Shown here piece by piece: positions 23,397 to 36,152 of a DNA stretch of 64,000 nucleotides. Numbering within the stretch: position 1 is the stretch's first letter; each line of letters starts with the position of its first letter. Location: assembly GCF_006345805.1 (NCBI RefSeq), contig NC_043026.1, positions 10,540,001-10,604,000 of the forward strand, read 5' to 3'. A program made the translations under genes and the position numbers. This DNA is from Octopus sinensis (taxonomy: Eukaryota). The notes under the pieces were generated by a model. It was given only the letters and a program-made list of their open reading frames with translations. It made no database searches and was not told where the DNA came from.

Positions 23397-24290
23397 TATT
23401 AGGTCTGCAGTTGGTGAATTTTAGGAAGCATGGAAATTTGGAAGGATTGTAGTGTGTCGACAGCTAACAACTGATTTGGATAGTTTATTCCATGCTTCAG
23501 CAATTTTGAGTGTGAAAATATGTTTCCAAAAGTCATGGGTATTGTGTTGCTGAGTGATTTTGTAAGCTTACTCATGAGAGCTAGACTTGAATTTCAAAAA
23601 AGTGCCCAAGGTTGTTGGAGAGATGGTGGATAATCTTGTGGATATCTGCCAACCCAGTTGCCAGACGTCTAAACTTTAATATGTCCATGCTCAGGGAAGC
23701 AAGACGTTCAGGATATGGTAGATACCTGACATCAGACATCTGTTGGTTTGCAGGTTTCTGAACAGTTCCCAGCAGAATGATATGCTGAGCAAGATAGGAT
23801 TTCCAGACTGGTGATGCAAACCCTGGACAGGCCATAGTCGTATACAGTTTTAAACAGGCAGCTGGAGAGTTGCGGACAAAGGTCTTACTGAGTGATGCTA
23901 AGACACCCTCAGACATCTTGACAATTTTAGGGATGTGGTTTGTCCAACGCAGATCGCTGTTTACAATAATACCCAGATCACGTTCACCAACAAACCTCTT
24001 AAGATGGGTTTTTCCTCCCAAAGTGCATGGCGGTGCACTTGTCCACAGAGTTGCCCGTCAGTAATCCATTGCTGCATTGCATTCAGGTCTAATTGCAGGT
24101 AAGCTCTCTCGCATATAGGATCTGTTCTTTTCATCTCAAGGTACAGCTTGATGTCATCTGCCTATTTCAATACTGTAACCTTCTTCAAGTTGGCATCTAT
24201 GTCATTAATATATGCAACAAACAGTTGATGTTAAATTATTGTAAAGATCCACTCTTGGGTTATGCGGGCTTTGTAAGAAGGCACTGAGTA
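23397..24290 (-). mobile_element. CR1-group LINE fragment (RT C-terminal half)
   Basis: ADDIKLY, ERDLGIIVNSDLRWTNHI, FASPVWK, YPERLASL; degenerate. Confidence 0.85.
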
Positions 24291-25449
24291 TTGGTTAAAC
24301 ATGTATAGCATTCCACTGCATACTTTGTTCATCCAACACCAAGATGTATCCCGCAGTATTTATTCTAAGATTAGATGTGAGGTGATATGACATGACCTTC
24401 ATTACTCACTACAACTAAACACTGTTGCTAGAAACTTAATGTGTATCACTCTGTGGACATCAGAAGAACCTGTCATTTCTCCTTGTTAAGACTTTCGGTC
24501 TTTTGACCTTAATCTAAGTATTTCTTATCAGAGACCAACCAAAGCATGCCATGTTTGTAAGAAATTTTAACTGTGTTAAGTGAAACTATACACCAATGGA
24601 ACGGTTTTCCTCTGTCTTTGCAAAGAGGAATTGGCCTCTCCTTAGTACTTGTACCATTGAGTCTTCTCAAATTCCCTGACACTCTTTGTTCGTGCGTGTG
24701 TGTGTGTATGTATATATACACACACATATATAAAACAAAGTTAACAATGGGAAGTGGTATATTATCCATTTTTATATCTATAAGATCCATAAAATAGAGA
24801 GATTAATAAATGAAATATCCGACATATGTTTCAACTGATGTACCAAGAGCATATCCATTTATAATTATATAATTAAATGATTAATCAATACAATCTATTT
24901 AGTAAAACAGCTTCATCAGGGAGTTTAAGAGAAAGTTCCTAGTTACACCATTACTTTATAACTACCTGGACTAACCTCCCAACTTTGATAATTATTTATA
25001 TATACATATTAAAGCAAGACACTTTATTTCATGGGGCTCCAGTTCACTCAGCTGGTAAAGGGGCCAGCCTTGTCACACTGTGTCATGCTGAATCTCCCTG
25101 AGAAGTATGTGAAGGGGTATGCATGTCTATGGAGTACTCAGCCACTTGCGCATTATTCTCGTGAGCAAGCTGTTCTGTTGATCGGATCAACTGGAACCCT
25201 CGTCATCGTAAGCGATGGAGTTTCAGTTAAACAATAGTTCCAACAATTCCAAAGTCACTTGAGATCTTGGACAACAGCGACAACCAAGCAATGATGAATG
25301 ACATTTCTGGAGAAAGAAGAATGTTACTGTCCTCTATTTTGTACTTTAACACAAACATTTTACACAATGTGAAGGTCAGTAAGTACATAGACCTCACATA
25401 AAAGTTGTATGATGTAATTTTGATAACATTTAAAAGTACAGCTATGGTA

Positions 25450-25735
25450 ACTGGAAGTGCATGGTTCAATGGTTAGAGTGTTGGGCTCACAATCATGAGG
25501 TAGTGAGTTCAATTTCTGGTCTGGGCAGTGTGTTGTGTTCTTGAGCAAGACATTTTATTTCCTGTTGCTGCAGTTCACTCAGCTGTAGAAATGAGTTGTG
25601 ATGTCACTGGTGCCAAGCTGTATCGGCCCCTTTGCCTTTCTCTTGGATAACATCGGTGGCGTAGAGAGGGTAAGCTGATATGCCTAGGTGACTGCTGGTT
25701 TTTCATAAAACAACCTTGCCCAGACTTGTGCCTCA
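25450..25735 (+). mobile_element. SINE family B (tRNA head, TTGAGCAAGACAC...CAGTTCACTCAGCTG core)
   Basis: Homologous to 34418-34740 and 33330-33480. Confidence 0.7.
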
Positions 25736-25874
25736 GAAGGTAACTTTTTATCCTATGCTGATTCATGTTTGGTGTTCAGCCTGCAACCCTGGGCAAGTGC
25801 CTTCTCCTATAGCCTTGGACCAACCAAAGCCTTTTGAGTGAATTTGTTTGACAGAAGCTGGAAGAAGCCCATGC

Positions 25875-26320
25875 AGCTGCCGTGTGAAGAAGTGCTGAGC
25901 TCTAATTGTGGCGGGAACCTGCAGAAGGGGTAGACCCAGGAAGTGGTGAGGAAGGATCTTCAGATGCTGGGCCTCACTGAGGAAATGACAAGGGACAAGG
26001 TGTTGTGATGATTTGCTTTACTTGAGAAGGTGCATCAAGCTAAGTAAAATCGCAGTCATCCATACATACAGGCTTGTCCTTTGCAGGTAGCAGAGCCAAG
26101 TAATATGCACCTGTGCTAGTGGTGCATAAACGCACCTCTGTTGGTGGTACATAAAAGAAAAAAAACATTGAGCGTACTCTGTGAAGTGGTTGGTGTTGGA
26201 AAGGGCATCCATGTCACAATCAGATGTCTGGAGTCTGGACAGCTGACCCCTGCTGGTCAGTTCCATGTCAAACCATCCAACCCATGCCAGTATGGAAAAT
26301 GGATGTTAAACACTGATGAT
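25875..26320 (+). mobile_element. RTE-clade LINE 3' end
   Basis: CVKKC...GTCRRGRPRKW...RKDLQMLGLTEEM, then a 3' UTR ending GGAAAATGGATGTTAAA...(GAT)n. Confidence 0.7.
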
Positions 26321-26987
26321 GATTGTGTGTTTTTGTGTCTGTGTTTGTCCACCCACCACCACCACCACCACCACCACCATTGTTTGACACAACTGGTGCT
26401 GGTTTGTTTACATTCCTGTAAATTAGAGGTTTGACTAAAAAGAGATAGACTAAGTACCAAGCTTTAAAAAACTAAGTACGGGAGTCAATACATTTGACTA
26501 AAACATTTCTTCAAGGTGGTGCTCCAGCATGGCTGCAGCCATAATTTACTAGATTGAATCTAGTAAAACATAAAACATAGAAAATGTTGAATCTTAATTT
26601 CTAAGTATCTTCTATGGCTTATACTGTCTCTCTGTTATTTCAGATTATCATTTGACATTGGAATTCAAGAATATCTTCTTCACCTTGGATAGATCATCAT
26701 TATTTATCATCTGCTAAAATTAATGGAAAATGTGATGCTGAAGTAAAACAACTGTGTTTGTTACTGGGAAATATTTCCTCTGACTTAGCAAAATTTTTGC
26801 AGTCTGCAAAATGTTACAAGATGATTTTTACATTGTAATTAAACTTGATTGCAAATGAGTTTGCAGTATCTTCAGATATTGACTAAGATCATGGTTGATG
26901 TAGCAGTGGAAGTATTTGCTGAGAATAAGAAAATTAAAATTAAAAAGAAGAATAGCCTCTGCATCTTGTGTTGAAACAAGAAAAGAT

Positions 26988-28544
26988 ATGGAAATTGAAT
27001 TGTGGGAGGACAATGTTAAATCGGAAACACAGTCTAGAATGATTCGATTTATTGATGAGATATCAAAAGATGTTGGTAAAACATCATACTACTGTGACAT
27101 CTGTAAGAAGTCGTTCACTCTAAAAAGTAAGCAAACTGCTCATGAACATACTCACACAGGGAAGAAACCATATCACTGTGCGATCTGTGGTAAATCATTC
27201 TCTCGAAGTAATCAATTGTCTAAACACAAACGTATTCATACACAAAAAAGAACATATCACTGTGATATCTGTGGTAAATCATTCTTTCAGAAAAGTAACT
27301 TAACTACACACAAACGTATTCATACTGGAGAGAAACCATATGACTGTGATATCTGTGGTAAATCCTTCTCTCAAGTATATAATTTAATTACTCACAAGCG
27401 TATTCATACAGGGGAGAAGCCATATCACTGTGATATCTGTGGTAAATCATTCTCTCAAAATGATGACTTAAATAGACACAAACGTATTCATACAGGAGAG
27501 AAGCCATATCATTGTGATGTTTGTGGCAAATCATTCTCTCAGAAAAGTAACTTAACTACACACTTATACATTCATACAGGACAGAATGCAAAACCACACC
27601 ACTGTGATATCTGTGGCAAATCATTCTCTCAGAAAAGTAATTTGACTACACACTTATACATTCATACAGGACATAATCCTAGACCCCACTGCTGTGATAT
27701 CTGTGGTAAATCATTCTCTCAGAAGAGTAACTTAACAACACACAAATACACTCATACAGGAGGCAAGCCAAAACCATATCACTGTGATATCTGTGGTAAA
27801 TCATTCTCTAAGAAAAGTAACTTAACATTACACAAACACATTCATATAGCAGAGAAACCATATCACTGTGATATCTGTGGTAAATCATTCTCTCAAATAT
27901 ATAACTTATCTTCTCACAAACTCATTCATTCAAATGACAAACGATATTACTGTGATATCTGTGGTAAATCTTTCTATAAAAGTGATAACTTAACTACTCA
28001 TAAACGAATTCATACAGGAGAGAAGCCATATCACTGTGATATCTGTGGTAAATCATTCTCTCAGAAAGGTAGCTTAACTACACACAAACTTGTTCATACA
28101 GGAGATAAACCATATCAATGTGATATCTGTGGTAAATCCTTCTCTCTAAATCAGCACTTAACTGCCCACAAACACATTCATACAGGAGATAAACCATATC
28201 ACTGTGATATCTGCAGTAAATCATTCTCTCAGAAAAGTACCTTAATTACACACAAACACATCCATACAGGTGAGAAACCATATCAATGTGATATCTGTGG
28301 CAAATCATTCTCTCTAAATCACCACTTAACCAATCACAAGCACATTCATACAGGGGATAAACCATTTCAATGTGATGTCTGTGATAAATCATTTTCTAAG
28401 AAAGGTAACTTAATTACTCACAAACATACACACACAGGGCATAAACCATATCACTGTGACATTTGTGGTAAATCATTCACTCAAAATGGTGCCTTAGCAA
28501 AACATAAGTGTATTCATACAGGAGAGAAACCCATCACAATCTGA
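26988..28544 (+). CDS. ZNF-A: tandem C2H2 zinc-finger protein, 518 aa, 17 fingers
   Basis: Uninterrupted ORF with 17 C-x2-C-x12-H-x3-H fingers and TGEKP-type linkers. First in-frame ATG is at 26988; the track start at 26916 is a TTG. Confidence 0.93.
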   Translation: MEIELWEDNVKSETQSRMIRFIDEISKDVGKTSYYCDICKKSFTLKSKQTAHEHTHTGKKPYHCAICGKSFSRSNQLSKHKRIHTQKRTYHCDICGKSFFQKSNLTTHKRIHTGEKPYDCDICGKSFSQVYNLITHKRIHTGEKPYHCDICGKSFSQNDDLNRHKRIHTGEKPYHCDVCGKSFSQKSNLTTHLYIHTGQNAKPHHCDICGKSFSQKSNLTTHLYIHTGHNPRPHCCDICGKSFSQKSNLTTHKYTHTGGKPKPYHCDICGKSFSKKSNLTLHKHIHIAEKPYHCDICGKSFSQIYNLSSHKLIHSNDKRYYCDICGKSFYKSDNLTTHKRIHTGEKPYHCDICGKSFSQKGSLTTHKLVHTGDKPYQCDICGKSFSLNQHLTAHKHIHTGDKPYHCDICSKSFSQKSTLITHKHIHTGEKPYQCDICGKSFSLNHHLTNHKHIHTGDKPFQCDVCDKSFSKKGNLITHKHTHTGHKPYHCDICGKSFTQNGALAKHKCIHTGEKPITI

Positions 28545-28889
28545 ACAACACATAAATGCATTTGTACAGGAGTGAAGCTACATAAATAAGCACATGGTAA
28601 ATCATTCTCTCAAAACACACGACGGCACATACATGTATTCCTACTAAAGTGTAACTATCCATTTCATTTTATTTTGATTTTCTTTCTGCTTACCTGGGTT
28701 AAATAAACATATTAATGCTTTGTTTTACATCTGAATGCTGTTCTTGTTACTAATCATTAACTGTTTTTCAAGGAAGAGATCTTTTATTTAACAAGCCTAG
28801 AAAGGTACCAAATAAGCCCTCAAGTTGTTGACAGGTGACAAGAACATCACATATAGTGACTGCCATAGAGCACGAATGTAAGCAAACAC

Positions 28890-29075
28890 ACATATCATCA
28901 TTTAATGTCTATTTTCCATGCTGGCATGGGTTGGACAGTTTGAAAACTGGGGAGCTGCACCAGGTTCCAGTCTATCTTGGCATGGTTTCTACAGCTGAAT
29001 GCTTTTCTTAATGTCAACCACTCCAAGAGTATAATGGGTACATTTTATCTGCCAGTTATGAAACTCTGGCATCAA
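28890..29075 (-). mobile_element. RTE-tail non-autonomous repeat, split by the hAT insertion (continues 31927-32130)
   Basis: Sequence is continuous across the hAT TSD. Confidence 0.65.
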
Positions 29076-31926
29076 CAGTGCTGCCAAAGGTTTTTTTCAA
29101 AACGTACAGAATTTTACTGAAGCCCCCAAATACAGTCAAAACGAACTTTTTATACATTTTTTTTGATTTGGAAAACATTTATTGAAACGTTGAATGTTTG
29201 GACATCAAAAAGAAAAATCGTCTTCGTGGGGAGTTTCTCTGTTGTATCAATTATTTTCAAATAATGTTTTACAAAGTTGTTCATCAGTCTCCCACATCGT
29301 ACAATCGGTATTTTGTAACAAAGTTTTTGACCTCAAAAGAGCATTAACCCTTTAGCATTTAAACCGGCCATATCCGGCCAAAAGTATTCTGCCTGTTTTA
29401 TGTTCAATGTGGCCAGATCTGGTCTCTCACACCAGCCCTACAATATCGTTTTAAAAATTAGCAGCTACCTCTTCAAAATCTCATAGTTACAAGATAATGC
29501 ATGATTAGTTCAAAACAATGTGGGTAAAAAAGGATTAATTTTGGCAGAATAATGCAAACACTAAAGGGTTAAGCGATGAAGTTTTCAAGTGATTTTGACT
29601 TTTAGTTTTGATATTGTGGAAAACAGCGAAAATTCTTTCTGGCGATGCAGAGGAGTCTGGTAAAGAAAGAAGACTGAGCATAAAGAATGGCAACAGGGGG
29701 TAGCAGTACTCATCACCACATTTCTCTTGTGAAACAGCAAACCAAAATTTTTCTGCTTCATTATATGGGATGAAAGAACGTTGAACCATTCCTGAATAAT
29801 TTCTTCGAAATCTTTTTCATCACAAAAACTTGGGAAGCACATGATAAGTGGTATAATTGACCTTGGTCTTCCTTCAGTTACGGTTGGTTGGTTCCAACAC
29901 CTCTAGTAATCCCAAATTGTTCTGCATATCACAAGATGAAAACTGCACAAGCATTTGATTTGAAAGACTAACAAAGAATCGTATATCCTGTCGGTGCCAA
30001 CAATTCGTCAAGGGCAATGGTGGTAGCATTTTCGTATAAAATTCTCTCAGCTCCAGTGCCAAAGTAGATACAATCTAATGGTTGGGATGTCGTTGCATCG
30101 TTGACATTAATCTCACACACATTGATGACAGAAAGTAAGTCAGGTCTGATGAAATTGCTCAAAATTCCCTTCATTCCAGCGTTGATGGCTCTTTTAAGCT
30201 TATGCATCCGATAGCCTTCGGCCTGGAATTCCAGGTTTAGTTTGTTAACGTCATTTAAAATGAAAGAGAGGAATGCTAAATACATATTTGTAAGAGGATT
30301 CTTCATTTCAGTGAGAATTCGTCGAGCCGTAATTGGACACCCACCCTCTAATGTTACTTGTGCGAAATATGCCAGCAGTGTTGGCCACTGCTCTAAAATG
30401 CACTGCGCAACTTTCTTGGGAGACAGCCATCTAGTGCAACTTGCATGCAGGACTTTGTGAGGATCAATTGAAGCTATTTTCTGCAGATCTTTGAATTCAT
30501 TGATACGCTTAGGACTGTGACTAAAGTATGCTTGTCAATTCTTCAACAGAATTCGGTAATTCATTGCACGTGTTTGATGAACACAAGTGTAAAGAATGAC
30601 AGACACAGGCTCGCACGAAAAGATCTGCCCTGTTCTGCTTCAACAAGTGCTGAACACCTCCTTTGCTTCCCATCATAACATTTGCATTATCACAGGCAAA
30701 ACCTATCAAATTTTCCAGAGGAATAGCTTGTTTGTTTCAAAATGATAGAAGACAGCTGTATATACCCGTAGCACTGCAATCCTGTATTTCTATAAGTGTA
30801 AGAAAATCGTTGACTGTCTTTTGAATTTCAACATCTTAATATCTGGAAACCAGGACATGTTGCTTTTAGAGTTGAAACATCAGTTGTTTCATCAATAACG
30901 AGTGAGAATTTTAATGAATGAAGTTTTTTTAATAAAGTGTTGAAGCTGTAGGGGCCAATGGCTTTAAGAAAGATTTATGTACCTTTCATTCAGGCACACT
31001 TTACATCCTGGGCAATTTTAGAATCAGGACAGGTGTTTAAAACAAGGCCAGGTAAGTGGTCCAAAATAGAAATTGGGAGAATATGCTCAGCGACAAATGC
31101 ACAATATTTTAATTCAGCAGCTGCTACTTTCTTGGAATGGGAAGAAATTGATGAGGCCTCGAAATAATTGGTCGACTTTTTTGCTTCCTTTGCATTCTTG
31201 CTTTGTTTTTCTCTCTGCTCGTGTCGTAAAATTTGGCTCAAACTACCTGCAATTTCATGCTTGCATAATATGCATTTGCCTTTAGTTGTATCGTTCTTGC
31301 CTCGCTCCAACCAACTAGAAAATTTTTCATCACACAATAATTTTTGCAGAAGTTTCCTTTCATACGATGCCCATCTAGCCTTCACGTTCATTATCTGAGG
31401 AATGTTCTGTTTTCAAAGTTCTATCACTCATCTCTTGTTCCAGTTAATAGATCTGTAAGATCTATTTGAATTAATCAAATTATTAAACACATTACATACC
31501 ATTTAAAATCCAGGTTCAGACAGATACGGTGGATTTGTATAAATAAGTGCTGTAAAATTGAGTCTAATTTATCAAAGTTTCAAAAAAACAATCACATACC
31601 TTCAGCCTGTGAGAAAACTTGTGTTATGACAGCTACGGTTTGGTAAACAACGTATATACATTCACCCAAAATTACAGACACCCTTGACCTCATTAGTCAA
31701 TGCGTGTGTCCATGCAGACGTGTTTGCGAAAGCGGACCAGACGTACTGTTATTTTTATTAAGCTCACAAACGCACATGTAAAAAAATCAATCGGTCAAAG
31801 CCTGGATTTTAAAAACCAATGCCAAGATCACTAAAGCATACAGCAAATTCACCTGAACGTACAGCACATCAAAATTTTGGCCAAAACGTACAGTTTTGTA
31901 CGAACGTAGAGTCATTGGCAGCACTG
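29076..31926 (-). mobile_element. hAT DNA transposon with decayed transposase
   Basis: 12-bp TIRs CAGTGCTGCCAA / TTGGCAGCACTG; 8-bp TSD GGCATCAA / TGCATCAA. Peptides: KGKCILCKHEI (BED-like), FACDNANVMMG, CVCHSLHL, TRWLS, SASPERIF. Confidence 0.93.
29348..29568. mobile_element. piggyBac-type MITE nested in the hAT transposase
   Basis: TTAA|CCCTTTAG...CTAAAGGG|TTAA. Removing it restores LKTSSLNALLRSK. Confidence 0.88.
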
Positions 31927-32701
31927 TGCATCAACCACAACTAGGATCTCACTTGGCTTGACAGGTTTTCTCAAGTATGCTCTGTTGGCAAAGGTCTTGT
32001 CACTGCCTCTGTGAAGCCCAAAGTTCGAAAGGTGCTTTTTATGTATCACTGGCACAAGTACCAGTTACATGACACCAGCATTGGCCACAACTACAATTCC
32101 ACTTGGCTTGACAGGTCTTCTCAAGCAGATTTATAAATGACAAGCTTCTTTCATTTTCCATTTGCCAAATTCACCCAAGGCTCTTGTTGATCCATCCACC
32201 ACAGCAGAATTGATACTGGTGCTAGTGCCACATAAAAGGCACCCAGTACACTCTGTGGAGTGGTTCACCTTAGGAAAGGCATCCAGCCACAGAAATCCTG
32301 TGAAAGCAGAGCTGGTGCAGTCCTCTGGCCTTATCAACTCTTGTCAAACCAACCAACTCCTGGCAGCATGGAAAATGAATGTTAAATGATGATGATGATG
32401 ACTTGCAGTGGAGAAAACCACATGATCGGAAGCGAACTTCTTAACCATCCATTCATGACCTGTGCCTATATCAATACCAAACTTCATTCGATGAAAGAAT
32501 ATATCAATGTATTCACACAAGAAAGACATTAACAGTATGATAACAACACTACATTTTATATAACCACAATATGTGTACATTAATAACTTAATTTACTATT
32601 TTGATATTTTTAATAAAGAGAAATAATTAAGAATACTTGGATATTTCGTTTTTGGGTTTGGTTTGCAAGATTCTTTATATGAGTTCGTGTGTTGAAGCAT
32701 G

Positions 32702-33236
32702 TTCTGTTGTGTCTGGGGAGAGTCATTTTCTTTTTGTGCCTTATTATTTATCAATATACAGATGGATAAGTATACAGACTACATGAACAGACACGGAACC
32801 ACACATATAAAGATGCACATCCACACATACAAACATGGTACACACACACACACACACACAGACAGACATGCACACACAGATGTATATATATACAAGCACA
32901 TGCTCACACACACATCCATACATAGAAAATACACAAACACGGACAGGCAAGCACATAAATATGCAGGATACGTACATACACATGCAAAACACACATACGT
33001 ACATGCATGCATGTATAGGCATGCACACACTGACCCACTGACCCACACACATGCGCACAAACAAACAAAAGGGAACGCAGTGTAAATAACGGACAGAGTC
33101 AAAACTATTGGAAAGGTTGCAAGACTCAAAGAAAATTTTAGGAAAATAAAAATAAGAAAGAAGTGGAAATTTTACCAGTGAGTGTGTTAAATAATAAGGC
33201 ACTAAAAGAGAATGACTCTCCCCAGACACAACAGAA
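32702..33236. mobile_element. Unclassified foldback element with 49-bp TIRs and CA-rich interior
   Basis: 32702-32750 matches the reverse complement of 33188-33236 with about 2 mismatches. Confidence 0.7.
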
Positions 33237-34417
33237 AATACTTGGATATTTATATAGTTATTCATTGCAGTTTAAACAAATAATCAGTATTTAGAACTGT
33301 ATTTTCATTCATAAATGTGTGCACGGTGGAGGCATGTGTCTTAGTAGTCAGGGTGTTGGATTCATGACCATAAGATTGTGGTTTCAATCCCTGGACTGGG
33401 TAATCCATTGTGTTCTTGAGCAAAACACTTCATTCACGTTGCCCCAGTTCACTCAGCTGTAAAAATGACTTTAGCTTGGAGAGGGATGAGCTCCACCAGG
33501 CTTTTTCACCCGAGATACTCTGCAAGGCTGCAGTACCCTAACAACCCTGAAGGGGTTAAGGGACTTGTCAATTAATAACAGAAATCAACCAAGCATTGAA
33601 TAACCCACCTAGTGGGCCCCTAGCCTTTGACGATGGCACTACTTCTGACTTGACCAGTAGGAAAGATTCATTCAAGAACCGATATCAAAACCATTTTGCC
33701 AGCTTTAATAAAACCAACTCGAGGCACTCGACATCGATGCCTGATTTTGTGTGGCAACTTAAAGATGAAAGGATTGTGGTATTTGTTCTGGTTCTTCACA
33801 TTCTGAGTTCAAATCCTTCCATTTCCTACTTAGGAGGTAGACATAATCCATCACCCAAATTAACAACACAACATTAATACCTTGGGTGCCATAAGCAGAG
33901 TCTACTCTGTTGCAAGCATTCAGATCAGGTTTCTGTTTTGAGGATATCTCCCTCCTTCCCTCCCATCAGCCTCAGAGGCCTTGTAAAGGCTCATGGGAAC
34001 TGATTTCCTCTGGACTGAAGGATAAAAACTTTCAAAGTAAACCACTTTATTCTCACATAGTTACTGTATATATGAGGTGGTATCAAAGGTTCCTGCACTA
34101 GTTACGTTTAAGAAAAAAATAACTGATTTACCTAAGTTTCTAGCATCATCTTCAAAATAGTCACTTTGTGCAACAATACACCAGCCCCAACGTTCCTGTC
34201 ACTTTTAGAACCCAGCCTGGAAGTTGTTTTCTGTTAGCAAGTCAAGGACCTGCTGCAATCACTGAGCAAGGGATCCTGTTGTGGGCTTTCTCCAGGTCAA
34301 CCAAGTACAGTGGTTTACTTTTAGCTAAATGCTTCTACAGTAATTGTTTCATAATAAAGAGAGCATCTGTAGTACTTTTCTCTGGTATAAAACTGAACTG
34401 TATCACTCTCTGATTCA

Positions 34418-34740
34418 GTGGTTAGAGTGTTGAGGCTCACAATCATGAGGTAGTGGGTTCAATTCCTGGGATGGGCTATGTGTTGTGTTCTTGAGCCAGA
34501 CTCTTTACTTCATCTTGCTCCAGTTCACTCAGCTGTAGAAATGAATTGTGATGTCACTGGTGCCAAGCTGTATCGGCCCCTTTGCCTTTCCCTTGGATAG
34601 CATCAATGGCTTTGAGAGGGGAGGCTGGTATACATGGGCGACTCTTGGTTTTCCATAAAACAACCTTGCCCGGACTTGTGCCTTGGAGGGGAACTTTCCT
34701 GGTGCAATCCCATGGGCATTCATGACCAAAGTGGGTCGTT
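34418..34740 (+). mobile_element. SINE family B copy
   Basis: Homologous to 25450-25735. Confidence 0.7.
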
Positions 34741-34779
34741 ACCCTTTACCCCTTTTCTGTAAATTTCCTGACCCAGTCC

Positions 34780-35170
34780 AGCAATTTGCCTCTATAATTT
34801 CCTTTCCCTAAAGCATCTTATACCTTTGTGACAGTTGACTTTGATGCTGACATTGGGTATGGCACCTTCCTGTACAACCTGATTTGCTGCATGGCTAACT
34901 AAGCTGTATCCTACTCTGCTAGATATTTCAAGCATTTCGGTGGTAATTCCTGATGGACCAAGGGCTTTTCCTGGCTTCATATCCTTAATTGCTTCCTCCA
35001 TCATACTGCTGTCATCTTTGGGAAGAATCTCTGCCACTTGTGCATTCTCCACATTTAAAATCTCACAGCAGCACTTCCGTGTTTCACTCTTTCCATTGTC
35101 ACTAAACCATTATCTGTCCATACACCACATCAGCAATCTGGAACAGTTCATACCTCTGCTACTCATGCAG
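34780..35170 (-). mobile_element. RTE-clade LINE ORF fragment
   Basis: EEAIKDMKPGKALGPSGITTEML...VVQEGAIPN (pre-RT region). Confidence 0.7.
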
Positions 35171-35191
35171 TAGAGCATTGTTGAACCTTTT

Positions 35192-35346
35192 GCTTCTTTC
35201 AGTTTCCGTCTACCAAATCCACTCACAAGGCTTTGGTCGGCCTGGGGCTATAGCAGAAGACACTTGCCCAAGATGCCACGCAGTGGGACTGAACCCGGAA
35301 CCATGTGGTTGGTTAGCAAGCTACTTACCACACAGCCACTTCTGTG

Positions 35347-35390
<44 letters not shown>

Positions 35391-35556
35391 TACGACGGGC
35401 TTCTTTCAGTTTCCGTCTACCAAATCCACTCACAAGGCTTTGGTTGGCCCGGGGCTATAGCAGAAGACACTTGCCCAAGATGCCACGCAGTGGGACTGAA
35501 CCCGGAACCATGTGGTTGGTTAGCAAGCTACTTACCACACAGCCACTCCTGCGCCT
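35192..35556 (-). mobile_element. Two tandem 5' halves of SINE family A
   Basis: 35192-35350 and 35391-35556 are separated by (TA)n; there is no 3' half. Confidence 0.88.
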
Positions 35557-36152
35557 GTTTATTTTTTGCAGCGGAACAGTGAACACGGTTGCACCCTCAC
35601 ACATTGTCTTTCAAGCGTATCTATCCGTGTGCGAGTGAGTGTGTTGGGGGTAAATTTTGATCCTTTCACCCACATCATTTTCTCTGAGGAATCAAGGAAT
35701 CATTGGATTCTTTTTTTTTTTTTTTTTCATTGAATGAATTCTGGTGACCTCCTAATATGCTACAAAACCCTTTTTTGGGTCCGGAAAACGGGATGGAGTG
35801 AGGTAGAAGCCTTGGAAATTTCACCCCATTGATCCTTTCACCCACACGATTTTCACTAAGGAAAAGAAAACTCGGACTTTGGGATCCTTTTGGTTCGAAC
35901 GGCAGTTTTTTAAAATAATTTCCACGTAACTAAACACTTTTAAACTTCGTATACTGGTAGAATGTGTTTATAAAACATCTTTTTCTCTTGGCTTTATCTT
36001 ACAAACTATAGTTTGTAAGATATTTGTTGTTGTTTTTTTCTTCAATTTCTGCAATTTCAACCAATCAATGATGTCTATTGAGGTGAAAACATTCTGTGCC
36101 GTATGAAAATCTCCCTTGTTTAAAAAACAGATTTGGTTTATTTACATTTCTG

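Noticed and set aside
26916-26987. Longer ZNF-A start given by the ORF track
   Set aside because: Starts at TTG. The ATG at 26988 aligns with the ME- starts of both paralogues.
32699-33265. His/Thr-rich and Cys/Val-rich ORFs of 116-173 aa
   Set aside because: Artefacts of CA/TG low-complexity sequence. The same applies to 61926-62244 and the (TA)n IYIY frames.
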